From assembly GCF_964204645.1 (NCBI RefSeq), contig NC_134028.1, forward strand, positions 8,866,001 to 8,930,000: DNA of 64,000 nucleotides. The letters are read 5' to 3'. The position numbers were made by a program, and so were the translations under genes. The notes beneath the pieces are model-generated. The model did not search any database and had not been told where the DNA came from. It worked only from the letters and a program-made list of their open reading frames with translations. Shown piece by piece: positions 24,136 to 34,963 of the stretch (positions are counted from its first letter, which is position 1; each line of letters begins with the position of its first letter). This DNA comes from Tubulanus polymorphus. Lineage: Eukaryota; Animalia; Nemertea.

Positions 24136-25245
24136 AAATATAGAGTTTAGCTGAAACCGCAAAAAAATTTTTTTTTTCAAAGAGGAATATTGAAAGATAC
24201 CTGTAATTCCGCCGAAACTCTGAATTTTTCGGACTACGAAACGGACCCGTTACAACCAGAGACCCTCACTTGCCACATGATTCATTCAATCAAAATGTTC
24301 TACATTAGGCTCGGAAGCTGACCTTTGATTCCAGTAGAGAATTATATTTTACATGAACAATAAAAGTTATCGGTTTTTTAGTCTCGTCTCTCCTCATATA
24401 GCAAAGATATTCAACGATAAATATTTGAATAAACTTTATTATAAAAAAGTGTCAACTAAACTAAGTAATTGTATGTGAAAATAAGTTTAATCTCGTGCAT
24501 TCACACTGATCGACGCTGAAGCTCAAAAAATGTCAAAAGTAGCACGAAAATAGTCGAAAAGTCGTAAAAAGTAAAAATGTACGGTAACATAGCGGAAGTA
24601 AATACTTTGCCATATACGGTTAAATATCCACTTCGTAAAAGGCTAAACGCTGGTATAATAGAACGATAATCAATCTCAAACGTGGTTATCTGATAATAAG
24701 ATAAAAACCCACTATATACATTATATATATACATATATATATATATGCATGTTTTGCAAATATCATAACCTCAACGATCAAGAAATAAATGATATGCATG
24801 ACTGCGGTACGTTTCTTTGGCCCATAATTTAGACTGGATGTTTTGAAACTGTCCACGGAATGCAAATAGCTTTTTATCATGATGAGGCAAAAGAATCGTT
24901 ATTTAAACGGCTTAAGTACATATAATTGATGAGCATCTTTGGGACTTTCATACGTAAGGTCTAGGTAGTAATTCACAAGTGAGTTTTAATTGGGTACCCA
25001 CTCCGCTACTGAGGCAATCGCTGGTGCCACGTATGGCAGACGGGGATCCGGATTTGTTCGTCCGCATTCGATTTCTTCTACATTTCGAATAAATCTAAAT
25101 GATTGTTTCTCATAAATGGATCACTAAGAAAACTAGTAAGGATATCCGAGTATAAGAATGCAAGTAGTATAAATGGTGGGTGCTGTGATAATGTATGGAT
25201 TCGGGAGTCTCAACATCCAGTTCAAATTTCATTGAAAATTTACTT

Positions 25246-25363
25246 ATTTTGGCGACAGACGACCTACTGTTCGTCGCACCATCTGGCGGGATAGCTGCTT
25301 TTGCTATTTTGGCAACGGACGACCTACTGTTCGTCGCACCATCTGGCGGGATAGCTGCTTTTG
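25246..25363. repeat. Near-perfect ~59-bp tandem duplication
   Basis: tattttggcgacagacgacctactgttcgtcgcaccatctggcgggatagctgcttttgc occurs twice with 2 mismatches. Confidence 0.92.
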
Positions 25364-26005
25364 CATAGCAATACGTAGTTAAAACAATCCCATCGTGTTA
25401 CGTAGATTTTATGGGGCACAAACAAGATGGTACATGTATTTTGAGGATGCAGCTCTTTTTGTCATGATCGACTAGAATAAAACAATGCACGATTCTCTTA
25501 TCAGCCACCACATACAGTGCACGGTATTTACAAATTATTTGATTTTTTTCGAATGCGATCGTATACATCCTTGTTGCTCGTTCATGTAAATTGCATGGGG
25601 ATTTTGAAGTAGAACAGCACACATCGCTGGTAATTTAAGATATGTTTTCAGTTTGTTCAGTTTGGAGCTCATAATGGCCATTCGAAGCGCTCAACAATGA
25701 AAACAGAAATTGCAAGTAAATAATACAGAAGTGAATGGGGATCAATTTTCATTCCTGTATGTTTTGCACAGATGCCATTAAGTGAATGTTGTTTTGGAAA
25801 AAATGATGACCGATGCAATGGATAGGTTGGACCGAATATAGCGTAGTTGGTCCCAGATATGATTCAATATTATATATCATCATTAATTTCAAGAACTGTA
25901 AATTTATTTGATGTGTATCTGTATGCATTTTATGTTATATCTTGTTCATTCTTGTCGCTTACTGGAGACAGTGAACGTTCTACTTGAGTGAGCATCGACT
26001 TGATA

Positions 26006-26008
<3 letters not shown>

Positions 26009-26094
<86 letters not shown>
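26009..26094. repeat. (AT)n microsatellite, ~43 units
   Basis: Uninterrupted AT run. Confidence 0.97.
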
Positions 26095-26097
<3 letters not shown>

Positions 26098-27882
26098 TCT
26101 AGAATTATGTGGCAGAGAGTCAGTTAGACAGAGTTAGACATTCGTCTTGTATGGATCCCTGCTGTGACTTGGAATACTCATACCCGATATTTGAAAAACG
26201 CCAAGGCTTTGTTAGCTTTAGTTGAAATAAACTGTGGTTTCATCGGAGTTGGAGCTCTGTCGTCTATTTCTCGAGGACCTGGACCTGGAAGTCGCAGTTC
26301 ATCAACGGAATCTGCGACACGTATTAATCGGGCGGAAAATAGAGGAAGTTCCCAACCAACAAGTGAAAATTAGTTGTTAAACAAATACCATGTAGGCCTG
26401 GTATTGAGTCTTTGGCAAATTTTAGGATATTGATTTATTGGCAATATAGATTTAAGACGATCACGATCCTTTCAGTCTAAATTCCAATGACGTAAGTTCA
26501 TAAACCCACAGTAAAAAGAATTCTCGTTACAACTCAATTCTATGAGCGATTACTCAAATATTTTCAAAATGGCTCATATAGAATTAAGTTGAAACGTCAA
26601 TCATCTCTTGTTAGTTTTTCTTCTTACTGGGGGTCTATCACCTTATTGACTTAAGACAACCGCTAGTCTATGGAAACCAACTTCCAACGAGACGTTTTAC
26701 ATACAAGACAAAGGGAGAGGGAGTTCTATAGACAAGACAAATGGAGAGGGGATGGGAGGGGGCATAGAGATTCATATAACGTTGACCCTGCTTTTTATTC
26801 CCTAGTTTAAACAAGAGCCCCAAAGGGCACTATGGCCAGCCTGTTAGCTTTTCATAAAATGGCAAATGATGTATTCTGTGGGTCATAATTGTCACAGATA
26901 CACTCCCAGCTCAGAGCTCAAAACCAATTACACAGTTATTCTAATCGATTACTCCTTATAAGACAATATTGCCTGGAATTGTCCATTCTCACATTTTTAA
27001 AACAATCTTTCTTTTCCCAGCTCTTTGAAAAATATTTAAAAAAATATTTATATGTTTTGCGGTTTCAGCTAACTCTATTTAGCTAGCTATATTTTCCAGC
27101 TGTTTTTATTATTGAAAGAGTCTGTTTGACATGTGGACAAGAGCCGATTCTAATTCCTGTCTTATTCCCATTCCTGTCGGATTATCTATACCGGTACTAT
27201 ATTTGTTCTTTTGACGCTCGTTCTATGTTCTCGAAATGACAATAGTAGTGCTAGATGTAATCAATAATTGCTTTTATGCATTATTGCGAAGCCCTTATTT
27301 TTAGAGCGAAAGAGAGTGGATAGCTATTTTGGATTGGTACGAAATGTTCAATAGTTACTCCAGATATCGAATGTTTAAAATGCAAAAAGGTCGTGTTATG
27401 GTCTTGTTACTGCTTGGGGAAACTAAAACTATCTTTAACATATGATATATGTAGATCCAGGTTGGCTCGTCCACTGTCTTTTTTCGATGGCCACCCACAG
27501 TGTCTTAAAAAAACTTGTTTGAAGAAGTATTATATTTCATTTGGTCAGAATTTTCACGTTCTCGAAACAGCCTACATCGATACGGTACTTTTCCTTTTCT
27601 GACGAAGACATCTTTGTTTCGGCCTACTCGCAAAGGAAATACACTTTATTTTCGAAAATGACTAGTGGCGTCAGAACAGAAAAAAAACAAAATATTGAAA
27701 ACATCATAATATGCAGAGAAATGCAATTTTATTCTTAGGACTATCTAGATTACAAACAGACGACTGGCTTCCTAGATTCCCGTTGAAAGCCAATAGACAA
27801 GGTCAAATATTTCAAACGATATATCGATGGTATTCAATTGGAGTCGTGGGGTTATTTGCCAGAAGCTGCTCTGTCGTTCTCT

Positions 27883-30523
27883 CTAACAACCATTATGAGT
27901 GGTGTAACAGGCTCCATTTTGGTCGCACACCCATTCGCGAACCATTCTCTCTAAAGAATCGGTCAATGGTTCCTTCTCGTTTGCCTCATCAGATGCGGCC
28001 ATTGCCCAGATGGACATGAAAATCCCACAAAGTGCGAACCTTTTCAAGTAACCTGCAAAATACATGTACTACATATTATGCTTCAAATAGGGCCTCCCAT
28101 GAAAAAGAATCTCCTTAACGCTATTTTGTCTAACAAGAGCACCATGGGGCTTGACGCAGCAGCTTCACAAATAATAAATGACCTGTCCTTCAATCATTTT
28201 CATATTCGTCATAGGAAATTATCTTTTTATAATACGATTAAACAGTCCTACCAACTAGAAAACTATTTATTGGTTGTAAAGAATTTTAATATTAGGAGTG
28301 CAATTGCCAAACTACGTACCTCATCCCATCGACTGATGATAGAAAAAGGCAGACACCTGGGATTGAGTAGAGAAAACAGGCTTTGTGATATATGTAACTG
28401 TGTGGAAGACGAGCAGCACTTCGTCCTATCGTGTAGCAAATTCGACAGTCTCAGGACGAAATTTGATTTGGTACTTGGTGATGCAAATGATATAAATAGA
28501 ATTTTTAATGATATAGGTAGTCAATCGGAATTGGTAAATTTGGGGAAGTATATCCAATCGGGATTTGAACATTACATTTAATTTTATGCTTGACTTATAT
28601 TGTACAGTACGCTATGTCCTATGCACTCTTTCTTGTAAACATGTTTGTAATCCTAGTATTGTATATATGTATTATATTGTTTTCTTCTAATTCGCTGTTC
28701 ATTGACGATCATGTCATTTGATTATGATGAATAAACAAACTTGAAACTTGAAACTTGAATATGCTAGAAGGGCATATCTAGGAACGGATCCATGGATCCA
28801 TGGACATTGAAAAGGGCATGTTAAGTACATGTGTATGCATGCAGACAAAACAAGCATTCAAAAATATGAAATTTCAGTGCAATTTTATACAATTTCTAGG
28901 TACTGAGACGTAGCTATCTTATTAAATGCTGGTGGAATAAGTGCCCTAAAAAATATTGCCTTTGTATTTCCAAAACGGAAATGACTTGTTTGCAGTAACT
29001 ACGGAAAGATAGGAATTACCTTAAAGAGTGATGGAAACACATCATGTTCAGGGGGTCTGTGCAAGGAGGCTTTCTCTGAACACACTGGTTCACACGAGAA
29101 AATAGGTCGCCTCAATATTTCCCCAATCGACAAATTTTTTCACTTTCACATGTGGAACCTGTGCCATTTTACCATAAATAATCATGTCTGGGCCAACCTA
29201 AACAATCTTTACTTCCAATAGGCCCGTTAGAAACCTATTCATTGATCACAGTCGACATGTATCTCATGTACATGTACATGTAATGACATGTACATGTTAC
29301 AGGATAAAACCACTGGCCGCGAAAAAACTGCAATTTTTGCTAATTTTGAGAATTGCATAAACGCGGCGTATTATTCGCAGTTAATGAATTCAGGCAAAAC
29401 TTTTGTTGGAAGATTTAAAGGACCGCTAGTTAAAGATGATAATGCGTGTTCGAAATAAAACTTCTTTCAACTGTCTTAACAGCAGCTTAGCGAAATTTTG
29501 CTGATAGCATTTTATTTTGGTGCAAAGCCATTGCAATAAACAGCCTGCCGCTAAAAACCATGCCCACCTAAATGTGTCCATTGAAAACTACTTCTGCAAA
29601 AGTGTACGTATATGATTTGTCAAAAACGGACGACATGTCAAAAAGGACAGTCGACACGAGCTCTCATTTTTGTTCAATGTCATAACACAATTTTTGATTG
29701 GTCACATACATGGCAATCTACTGTCGGTTCACCCTGTCCCATTATTAGGCCCCCGGACTGATGCACTTCAGGACTAGTAGACCCCCGGATTAGTACGCTC
29801 CCCTTTCATTACTAGCTAGCCTTAACCTTGCCTGTGTAAAACGCATAACCTTACCCTTACCCTAACCAGAGGCCTCTGGACCCTCTAGAACATAACCTCC
29901 CGGATCGTCTAGAGACCCTAGCCCTGGCTAAAAAGGCCCCATTTCCTTTATCGAAACGTCGAAATATTGGAGTTAGAAAAGATCGATCTCCATTAAAAAA
30001 ACACATATTGGCAGCAAGATTGTTAGTTGGTTGTACGTACGATTGCGATTACATTTGTACCGGTACGCATTCAAAATACCATATAGAGTTTTTGCTAGGT
30101 ATGACCTACGAGCAATTATCAAACTGCTCGTAGGTATGACGTTCTATAGTATAGGCCGACCGACCCGTTCGCCGAACTAACCGGGCGAACTAAATCCTGC
30201 ACCTGAAATCGTGCGAAATTCTCGAAGCAACACAAGTCTGCGGCCACATCATAGTGAATAACGATGCGGTAGAGAAAATACCAGACGATCCGCCTTTAAA
30301 TTGAGGACGATGACGATTAGGCTGCAATGCAGTAAACGGATCAACCGCCCAGGTATATATCTCTGGGTCCAATTCCACAGTTATATAAAACCCAAGCGCC
30401 GAACCTTTATGGAATGAATATGGAACTGGGTCCTGTATACTGGGTAACAATATGAAACTGGAATGTACCAGTGGTGTGGTGGAAAAAAACACGAAAAAAT
30501 ACCATCGTTAACTTACTTATCAT
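27883..30523 (-). CDS. Secreted prepropeptide, paralogue 2 (58 aa): MISYLKRFALCGIFMSIWAMAASDEANEKEPLTDSLERMVR-EWVCDQNGACYTTHNGC
   Basis: Coding exons 30517-30523 (ATG ATA A|gtaagt) and 27883-28052 (tttgcag|GT TAC..TAG). Non-coding exon 1 has a gtgagt donor at 30712. AATAAA at 27728-27733 (-). Coding-exon sizes are identical to paralogue 1. Confidence 0.82.
28083..28759 (+). mobile_element. 5'-truncated CR1/L2-group LINE
   Basis: ORF 28078-28581 reads KLSFYNTIK..ENYL..RSAIAKLRTSSHRLMIEKGRH..NRLCDICNCVEDEQHFVLSC. AATAAA is followed by an (AAACTTG)3 tail. TATGCT on both flanks (28077-28082, 28760-28765). Confidence 0.9.
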
Positions 30524-30759
30524 GTTGGCGATGCTCAACGTTGTAGATGATCAATTAAAACGGCACCTGCAATGATTTAAAAACGTAAATATAAACATAA
30601 ATTGAAAAAAATATTGACATAATCATATTAAATCGAATTATCGAAAAAGATTCGAACTCAAAAATCAACTTCAGTTGATGATCAATCCTTCGAACCCAGC
30701 GCACATACTCACGACGTGTTTGGCAGAAATGACTTCAAATGTGTTCATCCCCATCCGAT

Positions 30760-30910
30760 TGCCTTAATTTAAATGATGCCAGCCACATCGATAACTAACT
30801 ACCCTCCAGATCTCAACGAATATTCTGTTTGTTCAGGCGCTGTGTGTGAAATTTGAATCGTCACTCAGCCACTTAACAGAAATATTTCAACAATTCAAAA
30901 GCAGCTGGCA
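30760..30910 (-). promoter_or_regulatory. Putative core promoter of peptide gene 2
   Basis: CATTTAAATT (-) at ~30765-30775, homologous to 23985-24135. E-box CAGCTG at 30902-30907. Confidence 0.5.
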
Positions 30911-31433
30911 AAACTTGAAATGAACAGAAATCATATTTTTTTCCGATTTAGATGTCCAAGATTCGAGCCTAGTACGAATAGTGACAGTACACCCTCGGAA
31001 GGAGCTCGTGCATCAACCAACAAACGATGGTATAAGAATTGATTGTGACTAATGGGAAGACTGTAAAATCATCATAATCGATCAAAGGTATTTTTACTGG
31101 TTGTGGTGGGGCATACAGTATTCACTTCGTCGTCCATCCGCCAAGGCCACATGAAACAACTTTGTAATTTCATGTCCGGGCTCTAACTCATACGCGGTTA
31201 TTCAACTTCGCAAATTTGATGGAATACGTTTATCTTAAGTCCGTGGTAACTAATTAGATTTCGGGTCCTGTAACTCAAAGATCAAGGTCACTCGAATCTG
31301 TTTCATATTTTTCATTCCTAGTCTTTGTATCGTAGACAGTTGAAGGTGACTTGGTGACGTTTGATGGATGGATTAAAGATCAAGGTCACAGAAAGCCATT
31401 TTCATCTCTGGGCTTTAATTCATAAGTGTTTTA

Positions 31434-31929
31434 TATGGTGGCTGATAAGGGCCATAGCGAAAAATTTCTGGTATGCAAATCGGGGCGCCAGAACGTCAGA
31501 ACGCCAAAACGAAAAAAAAACGTCCAATTTTCTCTGAAAGTTCGTTTTGGCGCGCTAAAACAAAGAAAATTCCGTTTTGGCGCCCCCACCAAAACAACGA
31601 AAAACGTCGAAATTTCTCTAAAAATCCGTTTTGGCCCCCCAAAACAAAGAATATTCCGTTTTGGCGCTCCCGCCAAAACGAACTTTCATCCACGTAAAAT
31701 AATTCTATATATGCAAATTACACACAGGATCAACGCGCCAAATTAAAAAATAATTTCACTGTGGTTGAATGCTTGTTAGGGGCGCCAAAACGGAAATAAC
31801 TGCGCAAAACGAAATAATCTTTGTTTTGGCGCGCTAGAACGAACTTTCAGAGAAAATTCAGAAAAAATACGTTTTTTTTCGTTTTAGCGTTCTGGCGTTC
31901 CGGCGCCCTCATTTACATCAGCCACCATA
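31434..31929. mobile_element. MITE with the same TIR family as 2007-3863 (IS3EU-like)
   Basis: TATGGTGGCTGATAAGGG ... ATCAGCCACCATA, with 6-bp TSD GTTTTA (31428-31433, 31930-31935) and internal TTTTGGCGC repeats. Confidence 0.9.
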
Positions 31930-33207
31930 GTTTTAAGATAACTTGGTGGAATTTTATGGATGGGTTACCCTAGAGCTAACCAATTAGATTTTAGATGCTG
32001 GATCAAGGTTAGCGGGAGGTTTTTTAATTTCCATTTCCAGGCTAATAAATGGTTAAAGATAATTTGGTGTGATATGATTGATGGGCTTCCTAGAGGGGAC
32101 AATGGATAACTGATAAGATTTAGGTCCAGTCGGTCAAAGGTCAAGATTACCGAAGCTATCTTGTTTTTTTAATTTCTTAAACGGTTAGAAATAAATGACG
32201 AGATTTGAGGCATGGGTTGCCGGACGGACTGTGGATTAGATTTTTGGTCCTATAGGCTCAAGGTCACAAATAACAAATACATAGTTTAACAACTGTAAAA
32301 TGGTACCGTATTTTGAGGATGCGAATATCTGTTTCGTCACGAATCGGCTAAAAATGAAAATAAGCACCCGATGTCCATAATCAGCCACTACACACAGTAT
32401 GGCAATTAAAAATATATTGGAAATGTGAATCGGCATCAGTTTTCATTCGGATGTTTGCTAATGAGTGTGTGTTGTTGAGCATTTCCAGAAGTCTGTACAA
32501 AAACTGGGCTCTTCCGTAAAGTATTGATTGCAAATGTCAATGTCAGCATGTGGATCGAATTGGATCAAATTCGATGAGGTAAAGAATATAAAAGAGAATA
32601 TATCATTGATTTTGTGAAATTTAAGCTCTCATCTTAGATAGTATATAAAAGTAACCTACGGTAGCGCTTTAGATTTACGCAATCTTTGAAGTGGCCTCTA
32701 GAAACCATGTTGGTCCTCTGAATAACTGAACTATTATAAGAGAATTTGATGTGATGATAAAAAATAAAGGCAGAACGAAAATTTGGATGCCAACCGGAAT
32801 AAGAAAATCAGGTCAGATAATTTATAGTTACATCCGAAAAACTGGTCGGAAAAATGCATCGACCTTGTCGGTAGCAGGATTGAAACCGGTACATTCTCTG
32901 CAGTGATTATCAAAATGAAAAATCTAGCGAATCTCGGTGTCTATATCAAACGAGATGTGAACGAGATTGAAGAGCACAACTGCCGTACGTTTATAGATAT
33001 TGCTACTATAAACCCCAAACTATTGCCGAATACAAGCGCCATTGTAAATTCATAGATTCGACAACTGATCAGCGAAGTCATCAAGAGAACAAACTGTAAA
33101 ACTGGCATCAGTGTATAACTGATGGAAAATGTAAAATCACTGAGACACAAAATGATAGCATAGTTAGCATCATAGGATAAACTGCGGAATCTATGACATA
33201 TAAATAT

Positions 33208-33358
33208 GGGAGCGTCCAAAAATTACGTACCTCTAATTGGGGGAGGGGGTTACTGAATTTTGGTACAAAGTGGTACATGAGGGTGGGGGTCAGCAAAAAA
33301 GGTACGTACTTTGAGGGAGGGGGTATTAATCTATCTTGGTACGTACTTTATGCACCCC
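33208..33358. mobile_element. PIF/Harbinger-type MITE
   Basis: Imperfect TIRs GGGAGCGTCCAAAAATTACGTAC / GTACGTACTTTATGCACCCC around G-rich tracts. Confidence 0.6.
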
Positions 33359-34963
33359 AAAATCAAATGAAAATAGCCGATACTGGTGTTTTATCGGCTT
33401 TTAGTGACTTTTTCAAGTGATTTGTAGTAGACTTCAACTGGGAATTCCCCATACCAGGTACCCGTATCGATCTTACACAGGCTTGTTGGAATCAGGTATT
33501 TTTGTTTTCTATATTTTGTTTTGATTTGTTCTTTGCATCAATATAATTGGAGGAGGGTCATGGGTACGTAATATATAAGCATAACTAAATTACAGTAAAT
33601 GCTCATACATCATATCTCCTCGGCAGGTTGAAATTAATGTTTGCACCAGTTCAATTTCTAACTGACCACTATAATCCCCCAGAATCATGTCGGTCAACAG
33701 GTTCAGAGATTAGTAATACCTTCCCATCACTATCACCTAATTACCCCAGATTTAATTTAATTAAATATGGGGTAATTAAAACAGAATTAATATCCGATTT
33801 TTTCTTGGGGCTTTTAAAGTCCGAAGTGTTCCTTACACCACGCATGCATCTAAGCGAGATCTTCGACGAAGGCCTGAACGTGCGTTTCATACCAGAAGAT
33901 ATGATCGGGAGATCAATGAATGTGGGAGATCAGTTTTGCGTTGCCAAAAATGGCCTACACACAGGAAGATCTACTGGGAATAATCAGAATAAACAACCGG
34001 ACTCTTTTGCTAGGCGCTCAGGAGTCATCTATTAGAACCGCGCGTAAAAGCAATTTTCGGAGATCATTGGCCATCATGCATAAAAATCAGATATCAAACC
34101 GATGAAATGATAGAAATCTCGAGTACGAAAACAAATAAGAAGAATATACATGTATATAAAATGTGTTAGTGTACGTTGAAGATTAATTTATTACATTTAA
34201 TTAAGCTGTACAAAATATTTCAATAATATTTGGTATACACTGGTAGCTAATAACTTGAACTATAAGTAACTAGTTTGAAAGTGGAAAGCTACACGAGTGT
34301 CATTTGTAGGTTTTACATACAGCATTACGAGGTCTTGAACCCTCCTTTCTCAGTACTTGTCGACTCAAGTAAACCGCTCAAGTCGGATGATATTCAGGTG
34401 TCTTATTTCCCCTATCCTCAACTCGGTAATCAAAAATCTACGTGCATATTACAGTTGTTCCAACGCCACTGAGTAGGGCAGAGTCAACCCCAACTGTATA
34501 ACTCGTGCAAATAAAGTGCTAGGGCTCATTGATGCAGCTACTGACCTGCTGTCTACACACACCCCATCGGATGTTCGACAGACATTCATCCAAAACGTGT
34601 TCCTCCAGGCATCGCCACTCCCTGTGGCAGTACCTAAGTCATTTCTTTAAATTGATTAGGGTGTCATTTATGAACAATCAATTCTAGGGAGACATTCGCC
34701 ATTTATGAAAAATGCGTTCGTCCAGACTTCACCATTCAAACGTGGTAATCGTCATCAGGTACAGACGGCAGATTGACAGCTGTATAACCGAGCTTTAGCC
34801 CTTGAAATTCTCCGGAAATCGATACCTATATTCAGGGATCATAATCATTATTCAGATTGCGTTATTACATCAGATTCTCAGTTCTCAACACCAGAACTGA
34901 TAGATACTCAATGTACTACAAGCATTATCACAGTTTTTGCTTTGAGCTGATCTGACAGATTTT

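Noticed and set aside
25494-25514. Match to the IS3EU-like TIR (cttatcagccacca)
   Set aside because: No partner TIR or TSD, and the paralogous site at ~32380 shows it is part of the duplicated segment.
29820-29870. Telomere-like ccttaaccc/cctaacc repeats
   Set aside because: Short and degenerate. More likely subterminal repeats of a decayed DNA transposon than an interstitial telomere.
31426-31746. Overlapping ORFs on both strands
   Set aside because: They lie inside the IS3EU-like MITE repeat array.
33600-34900. A third copy of the peptide gene expected one repeat period further on
   Set aside because: No similarity to the peptide exons seen. The region is downstream of the CCDC33 stop and is probably 3' UTR or intergenic.
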